Below are positions 1 through 10,036 of a stretch of 64,000 nucleotides of DNA, one piece after another. Under the pieces are notes generated by a model that saw only the letters and a program-made list of their open reading frames with translations, ran no database searches and had not been told where the DNA came from. How positions within the stretch are numbered: position 1 is the first letter of the stretch; every line of letters starts with the position of its first letter. Source of the stretch: a virus (Duplodnaviria; Caudoviricetes); IMG/VR virus record IMGVR_UViG_3300025137_005045; one strand, given 5' to 3'. The translations under genes were made by a program, and so were the position numbers.

Positions 1-336
1 ACAGATGATATAAAAGAAAAATTTATGCTAGCTGAGCTAGATAGTTTTCAGAATGAACCCGATGGTGTAGCTATCCAAAGCTACGCTGTAATCACTAAAG
101 ATGAAATTAATCTTCAGGAAATACATAATGTTGAGAGATTTATAGACCTTCATAATAATCTGATGAAAAATTATAGAATCAGAAATTGGAAATATTGTGA
201 AGATGCTATAGAACATTTAATGGGAAAGTTTAGAGGTGAGCTCGATAGCTTCTATACTGTATTAAATGAAAGAATCAATGCACTCAAAGACATAACTCTA
301 GCTGAGGAGTGGACTCCCCACATTCAGCAGTACTAA
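1..336 (+). CDS. 5'-truncated protein resembling the C-terminal domain of CHASE2 adenylate cyclases
   Basis: Frame open from base 1. ELD..YAVI / H..L..NY..R.W / F.GE..SFY / EEW aligns by eye with the C-terminus of 15163..17214. Confidence 0.6.
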   Translation, partial: TDDIKEKFMLAELDSFQNEPDGVAIQSYAVITKDEINLQEIHNVERFIDLHNNLMKNYRIRNWKYCEDAIEHLMGKFRGELDSFYTVLNERINALKDITLAEEWTPHIQQY

Positions 337-345
337 TTTATAGAT

Positions 346-374
346 TACTCCCTGATAAATAATAGTAGGGAGTA
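346..374 (+). promoter_or_regulatory. Late-type promoter ATAAATA (355-361) inside an anti-Shine-Dalgarno hairpin upstream of csgF
   Basis: TACTCCCT 346-353 pairs with AGGGAGTA 367-374, which holds the SD. The same ATAAATA motif recurs at 5801, 9066, 11181, 14926, 17247, 49091, 56655, 58942. Confidence 0.7.
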
Positions 375-378
375 GCAA

Positions 379-861
379 ATGAAAATATTAGTATACATAC
401 TATTGGCTGTAAGTTTAAACATTTTGTTTATTGCTGGCGGTGGATTTGTAGGTACAGTAGTAGCACAACCAATGAATGATTTTACGTTCAAAAGTCCAGC
501 CTTTAACGGTAATGGATACTCCGCACACGTATTAACAATAGAAAATCAAGAATTTAGTCGTAAAAAAGCACTAGCTGAGAAGATCGAATCTGAATTAAAA
601 GACGCTGAGCGTGAAGCACAAAGCACTAATATTGCTAAGTTTATGAGTAACTTAGAATCTAGAATCTATGCACAAATATCACAAGATTTAGCTACAGCAA
701 TGTTTACAGACGATGAATCAAGTCCAACAAGTGGTACCTTAAGTTTTGAAGGTAATATTATTAACTGGAATAGGTCAGCAGATATTATCACCTTAGGGGT
801 CACAGACATTGTTGGAACAACAACCACAATTGAGATACCATTAGGTGATTTTACATTTTAA
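379..861 (+). CDS. csgF: Curli assembly protein CsgF-like
   Basis: Signal peptide then FTFKSPAFNGNG, like the CsgF F.NP.FGG N-terminus; directly upstream of csgG. Confidence 0.8.
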   Translation: MKILVYILLAVSLNILFIAGGGFVGTVVAQPMNDFTFKSPAFNGNGYSAHVLTIENQEFSRKKALAEKIESELKDAEREAQSTNIAKFMSNLESRIYAQISQDLATAMFTDDESSPTSGTLSFEGNIINWNRSADIITLGVTDIVGTTTTIEIPLGDFTF

Positions 862-2192
862 TGAAAATAATAATTATTTTATTGATGACTCTAACAATTT
901 TAGGTTGTGCAACAGGACAGGCTATAAAACAAACATATGATGTGCCAGTACTAATAGAGAAAAGCACTGCTAAAGAATTTGATACTATACCGCCTCCAGC
1001 ATTAGGTAAGATAGTTGTAGCAGTATACTCGTTTACTGACAAGACCGGACAAAGACGTCCAAGCAATACGCAGTCAAGTTTTAGTACAGCAGTTACACAA
1101 GGATCAGATGCTTTTTTACTTAAAGCACTTGGTGATGTAGGAAGAGGAAGATGGTTCACAGTGGTTGAACGTGGAGGACTGCAAAGTATAACGCAAGAAA
1201 GACAGATTATTAGACAAATGCGTGAAGCTTATGATGGAGTTGACGCAAAGAAATTAATGCCAATGAAGTTTGCTGGTATGTTGATAGAAGGTGGCATAAC
1301 AGGTTACGATACTTCAACAAGAAGTGGTGGTATGGGCATGCGTGTATTAGGCATAGGACCACAAACACAATTTAGTGAGGATATTATCACTGTAAGTTTG
1401 CGAGCAATAAGTGTTAACACCGGCGAAGTGATTGCCGCAGTTAATGTACAGAAAACAATATATTCTACAGCAGACAGTATAGCAGTATTAAAATTCTTCG
1501 ACAATGACACACAGATTTTTGAATTTGAATCGGGAATTACATTAAATGAGCCAGCAACATTGGCAGTTAAAACTACAGTCGAAGCGGCAGTGGTTGAATT
1601 AATTAAAGAAGGTGAGCGTAAGGATATATGGGACTACGGTGAATATCCTGAGACAGTAGAGATAGAGCCTACAATTGTTGAAGTGATAAAGGAAGTTGAG
1701 GTAGTAAGGGAAGTTGAGGTAATAAAGGAAGTTGAGGTAATAAAAGAAGTTGAAGTGATAAAAGAAGTTGAAGTGATAAAGGAAGTTGAGGTAATAAAAG
1801 AAGTGTATACTGAACTACCGCCACTACAGGAAGAAGAGTCTATGGCTACGGTACTCAGTGATAACATTGATAAAATAGTGGCACGTATGAAGGATGTAGA
1901 AGTGATCGACGAAACGGTGCTTGAAGAAATTGCACCACAAGACGAACTGACTGTAAGTGATTTACCGCCATTACAGGAAGAGGAGATTATAACTCCTGAT
2001 CTTTACTATGACAGTATAAAAGAAGAGTACACTGAACTACCGCCATTACAGGACGAGGAGTCTTTAATTTTAGAGCGTTACAATGATGATATCAGTGAAG
2101 ATATTGATAAAGTAGTGACACGTGTTCAGGATGAATTAGAAGAATATTATCAACGATGTTTAGAATATAATCATGAGGAGAACTGTCCGTAA
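861..2192 (+). CDS. csgG: Curli secretion channel CsgG-like lipoprotein with acidic repetitive C-terminal extension
   Basis: Lipobox ILGC; VAVYSFTDKTGQRRP..FSTAVTQG, WFTVVER, IEGGITGYD motifs. Confidence 0.9.
   Translation: MKIIIILLMTLTILGCATGQAIKQTYDVPVLIEKSTAKEFDTIPPPALGKIVVAVYSFTDKTGQRRPSNTQSSFSTAVTQGSDAFLLKALGDVGRGRWFTVVERGGLQSITQERQIIRQMREAYDGVDAKKLMPMKFAGMLIEGGITGYDTSTRSGGMGMRVLGIGPQTQFSEDIITVSLRAISVNTGEVIAAVNVQKTIYSTADSIAVLKFFDNDTQIFEFESGITLNEPATLAVKTTVEAAVVELIKEGERKDIWDYGEYPETVEIEPTIVEVIKEVEVVREVEVIKEVEVIKEVEVIKEVEVIKEVEVIKEVYTELPPLQEEESMATVLSDNIDKIVARMKDVEVIDETVLEEIAPQDELTVSDLPPLQEEEIITPDLYYDSIKEEYTELPPLQDEESLILERYNDDISEDIDKVVTRVQDELEEYYQRCLEYNHEENCP
1677..1802 (+). repeat. Seven 18-bp in-frame tandem repeats (VEVIKE) in csgG
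   Basis: GTTGA(A/G)GT(G/A)ATAAA(G/A)GAA x7, one copy encoding VEVVRE. Confidence 0.95.
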
Positions 2193-2252
2193 GTGATTTT
2201 TCAGACTTACAGGATAAAGTAGTAAAAATGCTTAATAAGCAAGGAAGGAAAA

Positions 2253-3164
2253 ATGAAATTTATTAAACTATTTGGAATGATGTTTCTTACGTTGTCAATG
2301 GCACATGCCGCTGACAATAGCATTTATATTGACCAAATTGGTAGTAGTTCTACCATTAATATAAAACAAGATGGATCAGGTAACAAAGTGTTTGGAGTAG
2401 GCGATTCTGAAGGAACTCCGGCCAAGTTTACAGGTTCATCGCAAACTGTTGATATTAGACAAGTGGGAGGTAGTAACATATTAGGTATTGATATGAACAC
2501 CACAGTCGTATCTGGTGTTGGTGTTGACCTCAAATACTACATCACAGGTTCGAACTCTGTAGCAAGTATTGATATCAATGGAGACGGCTTAGGAACAGCG
2601 GCTAACAATACCATTGACATTCAACAAACTGGTAACCTGAATGATTTAATCTTTGACTTACTAGGTACAGGAAATACAATTAATGCGGCAATGACAGGTG
2701 GTACTTTAAACGATCTTACTTTTGATATTGATGCTGATAGTTTAACTGTAGATGTTGCTGTTAGTGGAGGTGGCTCTAACAAAATTACATTAACACTTGG
2801 TTCAAGCAGTTCAGACATAGATATTACAACTGTCGGTGCTAGTAATCAAGTTACTTCTACACAAACTGGTGTAGGTGTATTTGACTTAGATGTCATTGCA
2901 AATAGCAGTAGTAACACAATCACAACTGTACAACGAGACGTTGGTAATAGTGGAACAGATATTAATATTACGTCCGCTGGATCTACCAATACAGTATCAA
3001 CTAGCCAAATTGGTTCCTCGGGTTCTTCAGGACATGAAATTGAAATAGATATTGCAGGAGCAAGCAACAACATAACAGTTACCCAGTCTGGAGGATTAGA
3101 AAATGATTCCAATATTGATATAACTGGTAGTAGTAATACTTGGACAATCACTCAGGAAGAATAA
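2253..3164 (+). CDS. Secreted curlin-repeat protein (CsgA/CsgB-like)
   Basis: Signal peptide ending AHA; many N-x-I-x-I-x-Q-x-G-x-x-N repeats; Gly/Ser/Thr/Asn-rich. Confidence 0.8.
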   Translation: MKFIKLFGMMFLTLSMAHAADNSIYIDQIGSSSTINIKQDGSGNKVFGVGDSEGTPAKFTGSSQTVDIRQVGGSNILGIDMNTTVVSGVGVDLKYYITGSNSVASIDINGDGLGTAANNTIDIQQTGNLNDLIFDLLGTGNTINAAMTGGTLNDLTFDIDADSLTVDVAVSGGGSNKITLTLGSSSSDIDITTVGASNQVTSTQTGVGVFDLDVIANSSSNTITTVQRDVGNSGTDINITSAGSTNTVSTSQIGSSGSSGHEIEIDIAGASNNITVTQSGGLENDSNIDITGSSNTWTITQEE

Positions 3165-3165
3165 A

Positions 3166-3336
3166 ATGCTTGAAGACGATGATGTTGTTATCATACACAG
3201 CTATCTAGGAGACGAGTCGTTATCGTTTGCAGGTTGGCTTAAGGTTGATCATAATATAGACGTTAACACTTTATCTTTAAAAGATCATGTTAAGTATCGT
3301 AAACTATGGACAAAAACTTCCCGCTATACTGGATAA
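3166..3336 (+). CDS. Small hypothetical protein (56 aa), not in ORF track
   Basis: ATG 1 nt after the upstream stop; fills the gap before FecR. Confidence 0.45.
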   Translation: MLEDDDVVIIHSYLGDESLSFAGWLKVDHNIDVNTLSLKDHVKYRKLWTKTSRYTG

Positions 3337-4424
3337 TATCAATGTTCCTTATAATGCCAACATTGGCATGGGGAGCCGTTGGAAAAATTTCTGCTCAACA
3401 GCATGATATAGGGAGCATTACTCGTAATAAAGAAGTACTCAAAGCTGATCTTAATGCAACGATAGAAATGCTTGATGCATTAAGAACTACTCAAGGCACT
3501 CTGGAAATAACTTTTAAAGATGACACAATAGTACAAATGACCGAAAGTGCCAGGATGACTGTTGATGATTTTGTTTATGATCCAAAGAACAAAGACGCAG
3601 GCAAATTAGCAATTAAAATAGCGGCTGGTACTGCCAGATATGCATCAGGACAAATTGCTAAAGACAAACCTCAAGCAGTCAAAATTAAAACTCCAACAGC
3701 AACAATATCAGTTCGTGGTACAGACTTTACAACAACAGTGGATGAGATTGGTGCTACTACAGTTATCTTATTACCTAGTTGTCCTTTTGGATGGGCATCT
3801 ATAGAAAGAGATTGTAAAACAGGTGCCATTGATGTTGAAAGCATGGGAGGTATTGTGTATATGGATAAACCATTTCAAGCCACTCGTGTTCCTAATCTAG
3901 ATTCTAAACCAACTCCTCCGGTTATTGTTGATTTGACAGAAGAAATGATTAAGAACATTCTTATTACTGGTACACCAAAAGAGATTGAAGCTGAAGAAGT
4001 TGGCCAGACTAATGTATCTGCATTAGATAATAATGCTCTTGATCAGGACCTGTTAGAAAATGAATTAGATAAAGCAGATGAACAATTGTATGTAAACAAA
4101 CTTAATCAAAACTTGTTAGAGAGAGACTTTCTGGTTAATGTGCTAGATATTTTAAATATGCAGTTAGCACTGGCACAAGAGAGAATACTATCTGTCTCAG
4201 AGAAGAATGAACTACTGCCTGATTTTATTCCTGACCAAGGTGTGACATTTACCACCGACGGTATAATAGTTGAATTGTGCATGGACACAACAGGTAGTGA
4301 CATAAGCTGTATTACAGTTCCTGAGAATCAAGAAACTACTATACGACAGATACAAGGTGCAGTTGATATAACCAACAGAGTAATTGATAATGGTACTACC
4401 ACCATTACCACGGAACAAAACTAA
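3306..4424 (+). CDS. FecR-domain periplasmic protein
   Basis: Signal peptide; LRTTQGTLEITFKDDTIVQMTESA, GTARYASG, KTPTATISVRGTDF motifs; true start may be 3342. Confidence 0.85.
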   Translation: MDKNFPLYWIISMFLIMPTLAWGAVGKISAQQHDIGSITRNKEVLKADLNATIEMLDALRTTQGTLEITFKDDTIVQMTESARMTVDDFVYDPKNKDAGKLAIKIAAGTARYASGQIAKDKPQAVKIKTPTATISVRGTDFTTTVDEIGATTVILLPSCPFGWASIERDCKTGAIDVESMGGIVYMDKPFQATRVPNLDSKPTPPVIVDLTEEMIKNILITGTPKEIEAEEVGQTNVSALDNNALDQDLLENELDKADEQLYVNKLNQNLLERDFLVNVLDILNMQLALAQERILSVSEKNELLPDFIPDQGVTFTTDGIIVELCMDTTGSDISCITVPENQETTIRQIQGAVDITNRVIDNGTTTITTEQN

Positions 4425-5773
4425 TGATTAGAATATTCACACTTGTATTTTTGTTGTTAATTATATCGAATTTTTTAACAACAAAAGCAGAGGCCGCAAC
4501 CGGACTAACTTATACAACTTTAGCTTGTGGGACCTCCTGGCCCTGCTCATTGACCGGTTCCGTTTTATCTACGGGAACTATTTCCACTGGAGACGTGAAT
4601 TTAAATTGGGGCAGTGGAGAAGTATTAGACTCTGGTAGAAGTGATTATGTTGTTGTAAAACTAGAAGGCTATTTTGTAATGCCAGGAACAGCAGGAACAA
4701 GTTATTCAGTAGAATTTACAAACCAAGATGATGATGGGTCAAGAACTATAATTGGTGGAACAACAGTCATTGATGATTGGTCTGGACTACACTCACCAGC
4801 AGACAGAAGTGGTACTATTACCTTAGTTGGTGGAACAACCTATTCATATCTGAGATATATGTCAGAATGGACTGGTGGTGCTGTATTAAGACAATTTTGG
4901 AAAATAGGTTCTGGCTCTAGAACTTATATGAATTTTGCAGACGACTTTACCACAACATCAAGTCCTGTAACATCAACAACCACCGGTACAAGTAGTGGTA
5001 TAAGTTCTAGTCAAGCAACTACAGTATCAACAGCAAGAACCAGAGCAACAGCGGCAAGTGCAGGTACTAACCCAGATAATTCTGTTTATATAGATCAAGC
5101 TGGTTCCAGTAATACTGTAGTGATTCTACAAGATGGTTCATCAGGTAATCATATACGAGGCATAGGAGTTGACAATGCATCTTTAGTAGGTGACTCCAAT
5201 GACATTGAGATTAAACAGGGTGCTGGTACATCAGGTGATGGAGTTAATTTAATTGAATTAATGGTTGATGGTGATACCAATGATCTAAAACTATATCAAG
5301 ATAGATACGACGATGGAACACCAGATGCAGACCCATCCGGTGATCATATCATTAAGCTGGATGTTGATGGTAATTTAAATGATATTGAAGTAATTCAACG
5401 AGCAAATGGTACAGTTGGTCATTTTGCTGAAATAGATATAACTGGCAATTCTAGTAATTTTGATATTCTACAAAAAGGACAATCCGAAAAACAATTGTTT
5501 ATAGATGTAACTGGTAATAGCAATATAATAGATGTTACACAACGAGACAGCTCATCTAAATTTGCGGATATAAAATTAATTGGAAATGGTCATGATGTGA
5601 CTGTACTACAAAAAGGAACAGGTGCTCATAACGCAACAATTGATTTAACTTTTGGTTCAGGAGCAAGCACTGTGGATTTAACACAACAAGGTAGTTCAAA
5701 TCAATCATATTCTCTAGAACAAATTTGTTACGATGTATCCGGGTGTTCAACTACAGTAACCCAAGGATATTAA
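4424..5773 (+). CDS. Secreted PA14 domain plus curlin-repeat protein
   Basis: Signal peptide; PA14-like NWGSG..V.LEGY..QDDDGSR..EWTGGA; Ser/Thr linker; C-terminal curlin repeats. Confidence 0.8.
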   Translation: MIRIFTLVFLLLIISNFLTTKAEAATGLTYTTLACGTSWPCSLTGSVLSTGTISTGDVNLNWGSGEVLDSGRSDYVVVKLEGYFVMPGTAGTSYSVEFTNQDDDGSRTIIGGTTVIDDWSGLHSPADRSGTITLVGGTTYSYLRYMSEWTGGAVLRQFWKIGSGSRTYMNFADDFTTTSSPVTSTTTGTSSGISSSQATTVSTARTRATAASAGTNPDNSVYIDQAGSSNTVVILQDGSSGNHIRGIGVDNASLVGDSNDIEIKQGAGTSGDGVNLIELMVDGDTNDLKLYQDRYDDGTPDADPSGDHIIKLDVDGNLNDIEVIQRANGTVGHFAEIDITGNSSNFDILQKGQSEKQLFIDVTGNSNIIDVTQRDSSSKFADIKLIGNGHDVTVLQKGTGAHNATIDLTFGSGASTVDLTQQGSSNQSYSLEQICYDVSGCSTTVTQGY

Positions 5774-5811
5774 TAATTTTATTACTGCCTGCAGGAAAGA
5801 ATAAATAGTAA

Positions 5812-5920
5812 TTGCAACGCTAACAGTCTGTTGGCGTCGGTAAAAAATGACGCGGACTAAAAGTCCTTTTAGAGATGTGTAGCTCTTAACGCCCACCGTA
5901 TGTAGAATTCTCTACTAGCT
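5812..5920 (+). ncRNA. Candidate structured ncRNA, family unassigned
   Basis: ORF-free, follows ATAAATA at 5801; hairpins CGCTAACA/TGTTGGCG, GGACT/AGTCC, AGAG/CTCT, GTAGA/TCTAC. Confidence 0.4.
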
Positions 5921-5930
5921 AAAATAGTGC

Positions 5931-5959
5931 TTGACAATACAAACTATACTAACTATAAT
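5931..5959 (+). promoter_or_regulatory. Consensus sigma70 promoter
   Basis: TTGACA-N17-TATAAT. Confidence 0.9.
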
Positions 5960-5983
5960 AGTTAACTACGGAACCATATTATT

Positions 5984-7030
5984 ATGACTAAAAAAACTTT
6001 AACCACTTTTTATGCTTTAGCATATCTATTAATATCAGGAGGAGTAATTGCACTTGCTAACCCTTCTTGGAATATAATATCAGTATTGATTGCTATACCA
6101 ATACTATATGGAATATTTGAAACTAAATTCTTTACGAATGATAGCAAAGTAAAATGGGCTCAGGCGTTCGTATATATTGGCAGTATAACAACATTAATAT
6201 TTCTATTTGATTGGACAATGTTATTATTAGGAATTGTTGCTGGATGGGTATTATTTGGAGTTGGAGTTAGTATATGTTTACATAAGTGGGCTTCACACAA
6301 GACATTTATACCTAAAAATAAATTTTGGAAAATAATTATTTTATTTTTTGGAACATTATGCACATTAGGTAGCACTATTAGTTGGGCCGCTGGACATAGA
6401 GAACACCATAGATTTACTGATAAGGATGGTGATCCGCATCGACCTGCAGGAAGTTTATGGCATAAAATTAAAGTTTACTTTTATTATTTCCCAACATATC
6501 CAATTAGCCCTATGTTAATTAAAGACCTTACAGTAGATCGTGATCATAAATGGTTTCATAGAAATTATTATAAAATCATATATGCGTACATATTAGGTTT
6601 GTTTTTAATTAATCCTAGCTATGCAGGATACTTTTATTTTATACCAGCGTTATATGTGTTTACAGGCATAAGTTGGGTAACAGTAATAGCACATATACCA
6701 ACCAACGGACGTTTTGGATTTAGAAAAGATACCTGGCGTATATACAAAAGTGATGATTACACATATAACAGTCACATTTGGCAATTCCTGTTAATGGGAG
6801 AAGGATATCATAATACACATCATAGTAGTCCATGGTTATGGAATAATGCTATATTACCTGGAGAGTTTGATATATCTGCAACAATTATTAAACATATAGG
6901 TATACCTAACGACAAACAACCTAAAGAATGGGATAGTGTTCGTCGAGGGCAGGAAATGTTTGATGAAATACAAGCAGAAGTTGCTAAAAATGAACAAGAC
7001 GATAGTCTAGCTGTACCAAAAGCAACATGA
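5984..7030 (+). CDS. Membrane fatty-acid desaturase (delta-9/Ole1-like)
   Basis: His boxes HKWASH, HREHH, GEGYHNTHH; hydrophobic segments. Confidence 0.9.
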   Translation: MTKKTLTTFYALAYLLISGGVIALANPSWNIISVLIAIPILYGIFETKFFTNDSKVKWAQAFVYIGSITTLIFLFDWTMLLLGIVAGWVLFGVGVSICLHKWASHKTFIPKNKFWKIIILFFGTLCTLGSTISWAAGHREHHRFTDKDGDPHRPAGSLWHKIKVYFYYFPTYPISPMLIKDLTVDRDHKWFHRNYYKIIYAYILGLFLINPSYAGYFYFIPALYVFTGISWVTVIAHIPTNGRFGFRKDTWRIYKSDDYTYNSHIWQFLLMGEGYHNTHHSSPWLWNNAILPGEFDISATIIKHIGIPNDKQPKEWDSVRRGQEMFDEIQAEVAKNEQDDSLAVPKAT

Positions 7031-7752
7031 GCAAACCTATTGCATTAGTAGGTCATAGAGCTGGAATGGATTTAATAATTGATATTACTGACGCTATGGG
7101 ACTAGAGATTGCTGGTATTTTTGACAAATATTTTTACGGTAATACAGACAGTACAGAAGGTATTCCTTTTATTGGAAACGAAGAAGAAATTACAGAAGAT
7201 GATATTGAAAAATATAATTTTGTTTTAACATCTAATTATGTTGGTCATGCAAAGTTAACTAATTATGAACACAATGGTGACAATCTAAGACAACGTCGTA
7301 TTAAAATATTTAAAGATCGCAATTTACCTACAGCTAATCTTATTCATCCTAATTCATATGTAGGAGATAAGACACATATTGGATCAAGTGTAATCATTGG
7401 TAGAGACTGCTATGTACGAGCTAATTCACATATAGGTGATTTTTGCTTTCTTGATAGCGGAGCGGCAGTGGCTCATGATGTACATCTTGGGGAAAATGTA
7501 ATTATAACTCCTTATAGTTTCGTTGCTGGTTTTGTTAATATTGGAAATAATGTAATGATTGGAGCAGGATCAAAGATAGTAAATGGTTATAGTGATAGAT
7601 CATTAAACATTGGAGACAATGTAAAAGTTATGGCCGGTTCAACAGTTTTTAAAGATGTGCCAGAAGGGAAATTTGTTACAAACACAGGTAAAATTTTACG
7701 AAGAATTGATTTAAAAAAGGAAAAGGAAAAGGAAAATGGATTACAAGATTAA
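7027..7752 (+). CDS. PglD/NeuD-like sugar acetyltransferase (hexapeptide repeat)
   Basis: N-terminal Rossmann-like region; NLIHP..; left-handed beta-helix repeats. Confidence 0.8.
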   Translation: MSKPIALVGHRAGMDLIIDITDAMGLEIAGIFDKYFYGNTDSTEGIPFIGNEEEITEDDIEKYNFVLTSNYVGHAKLTNYEHNGDNLRQRRIKIFKDRNLPTANLIHPNSYVGDKTHIGSSVIIGRDCYVRANSHIGDFCFLDSGAAVAHDVHLGENVIITPYSFVAGFVNIGNNVMIGAGSKIVNGYSDRSLNIGDNVKVMAGSTVFKDVPEGKFVTNTGKILRRIDLKKEKEKENGLQD

Positions 7753-9022
7753 AGACTTAGATCTAGCAGACTGGGGTCATAAAGAAATAGCTATCGCAGA
7801 AACAGAAATGCCAGGATTAATAGCTGTTAGAGAAGAATTTAAGGATCAACAACCTTTAAAAGGTGCCCGAATTACAGGTAGCTTACACATGACAGTGCAA
7901 ACTGCTGTGCTAGTTGAAACTTTGGTTGCGTTAGGTGCTAGTGTACGCTGGAGTTCATGTAATATCTTTTCAACACAAGATCATGCCGCGGCCGCATTAG
8001 CAGAACAGGGAATTCCTGTATTTGCTTGGAAAGGCGAAACAGAAGAAGAGTATTGGTGGTGTATAGAACAAACACTAGAAGGACCCGATGGATGGAAACC
8101 AAATATATTACTAGACGACGGTCACGATCTAACTGGTTATATTATGGACAATCGTCCTGACTTACTGGATGATATTGTTGGAGTAACGGAAGAAACAACT
8201 ACAGGCATACACAAGATATTGGAACGTATTGAAAAAGGTAAAATGCTATTACCAGCTATCAATGTTAATGATTCTGTAACCAAAGCTAAGTTTGATAACT
8301 TGTATGGTTGTCGTGAAAGTTTAGTTGATGGTATTAAGCGTGCCACTGATGTTATGATAGCAGGTAAGACTGCTGTGGTAGCAGGCTACGGTGATGTTGG
8401 TAAAGGTTCAGCACAGGCATTGAAAGCATTATCAGCTCAGGTATGGATAACTGAAGTAGATCCAATTTGTGCTTTACAAGCCGCAATGGAAGGATTCAAA
8501 GTAGTCACCATGGACTATGCTAAAGATAAGGCAGACATCTTCGTAACAGCAACAGGCAACGTTGATGTTATTACTAAAGAACACATGATAGCAATGAAAA
8601 ACAATGCCATTGTTTGTAATATTGGACACTTTGATAGTGAAATTGATATTGCTGGTGTAAGTGATTTTGGATGGGATGAAATTAAACCACAAGTAGATCA
8701 TGTTACCTTGCCGAGTGGTAATAAAATTATTATTCTGGCAAGAGGTAGATTGATTAATCTAGGTTGTGCCACAGGACATCCTAGTTATGTTATGTCAAAC
8801 TCATTTACTAATCAAGTGCTAGCACAAATAGAAATGTTTAATAATCCTGACAGCTATGAAACAGGCAAACTCTATCTACTACCTAAACATCTAGATGAAA
8901 AAGTAGCAGAGCTACATCTGGCTAAAGTAGGTGCAGAATTAACCCGTTTAACGGATAAACAAGCTGAATATATTTCAGTTCCTGTTAACGGCCCTTATAA
9001 GGTGGAAACATATAGATATTAA
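7736..9022 (+). CDS. ahcY: S-adenosyl-L-homocysteine hydrolase
   Basis: [53 protein letters not shown]. Confidence 0.98.
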   Translation: MDYKIKDLDLADWGHKEIAIAETEMPGLIAVREEFKDQQPLKGARITGSLHMTVQTAVLVETLVALGASVRWSSCNIFSTQDHAAAALAEQGIPVFAWKGETEEEYWWCIEQTLEGPDGWKPNILLDDGHDLTGYIMDNRPDLLDDIVGVTEETTTGIHKILERIEKGKMLLPAINVNDSVTKAKFDNLYGCRESLVDGIKRATDVMIAGKTAVVAGYGDVGKGSAQALKALSAQVWITEVDPICALQAAMEGFKVVTMDYAKDKADIFVTATGNVDVITKEHMIAMKNNAIVCNIGHFDSEIDIAGVSDFGWDEIKPQVDHVTLPSGNKIIILARGRLINLGCATGHPSYVMSNSFTNQVLAQIEMFNNPDSYETGKLYLLPKHLDEKVAELHLAKVGAELTRLTDKQAEYISVPVNGPYKVETYRY

Positions 9023-9103
9023 CACTATATGTTGTGCTTTTTTTAAACCCAGCCACTGGATTACGATAAATATTACAGTAATATTACATAGGAAACATTT
9101 TAT

Positions 9104-9883
9104 ATGAAAGCATTAAAAATAGCAGTATTATCAACAGTATTTTTAACGTCGGCTGTTGTAGCTGACGAACATAGCAGAACAAAAGCTACAGTAGATACTA
9201 GTAATAACTGGAACATATCAGTTACAGCTACTAGTGAGTATCTATTTCGTGGTCTAAAACAAACTCAAGGTGACCCTGCACTACAAGCTAGTATAGATTA
9301 TAACTTTGATGGTGGACTGTATGCCGGTGCATGGGCAAGTACAGTTAAATGGACCGAAGAAGGCTACATGAATAACAACGATGTAGAAACTAACTTTTTT
9401 GTAGGTTATTCAGACACACTTGGACAAACAGGTATTGGATATGACGTAGGTGTATTACAATACTATTATCCAGGTACTGTTAAAAATGGTGTTGCAGATA
9501 CTGACGCAACAGAAATTTATGCTGGTGTTAACAAAGACATACTTGGCATGAATTGGGCTGTTAAATATTCTCAAGTTGTCTCAGATGATGCTTGGGGAAT
9601 TGGAGATGCTGATGGTAGTCAATATGTTGAAGCAAATCTAACAGTTCCATTAACAGAAAAACTTTCAGCACTTGCTCATGTAGGTCGCTCTGAGTTTGAC
9701 GGTAATGGCAATGACGTATATGATTATACTGACTGGTCACTTGGTGCAGAATATGCAGTAGGCGATTATGTTACAGTAGGTGCTGGTTACTCAGACACAA
9801 ATACTAACGAAGCAAACTGGACCCTTAATGGTGAAGACCAAGGTAAAGGACAAACACTTGCTTGGTTAACATACGCATTCTAA
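9104..9883 (+). CDS. TIGR02001/TorF-family outer-membrane beta-barrel
   Basis: Signal peptide; SEYLFRGLKQT..PALQ..DY, YAGAWAS; terminal Phe. Confidence 0.85.
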   Translation: MKALKIAVLSTVFLTSAVVADEHSRTKATVDTSNNWNISVTATSEYLFRGLKQTQGDPALQASIDYNFDGGLYAGAWASTVKWTEEGYMNNNDVETNFFVGYSDTLGQTGIGYDVGVLQYYYPGTVKNGVADTDATEIYAGVNKDILGMNWAVKYSQVVSDDAWGIGDADGSQYVEANLTVPLTEKLSALAHVGRSEFDGNGNDVYDYTDWSLGAEYAVGDYVTVGAGYSDTNTNEANWTLNGEDQGKGQTLAWLTYAF

Positions 9884-9902
9884 ATTAAATTAGAATAAAT
9901 TG

Positions 9903-9928
9903 AAAGCACCTTTGGGTGCTTTTTTTTT
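9903..9928 (+). terminator. Rho-independent terminator
   Basis: AAAGCACC-TTTG-GGTGCTTT plus T run. Confidence 0.85.
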
Positions 9929-10036
9929 GAAAAAGAAACGATACAATAAAGATTACAGTTAGATTACAAAAATGCAATTAGTGCTTGCTTTTTCTTAAAA
10001 TCCTAGTAAAATATAGTTTTAAGTAATTAAATACAA

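Noticed and set aside
1677-1802. Tandem repeats as a CRISPR array
   Set aside because: 18-bp units are contiguous, in frame and have no spacers; no cas genes seen
5786-5845. SAH riboswitch upstream of the ahcY operon (TTGCAACG-hairpin-CGTC)
   Set aside because: Lacks the GAGGAGCG and CAGGCTC core, and a consensus promoter lies between it and the operon
9951-9970. AGATTACA direct repeat, and GTTACA/TGTAAC at about 17218, as operators
   Set aside because: Too short to be significant in AT-rich DNA
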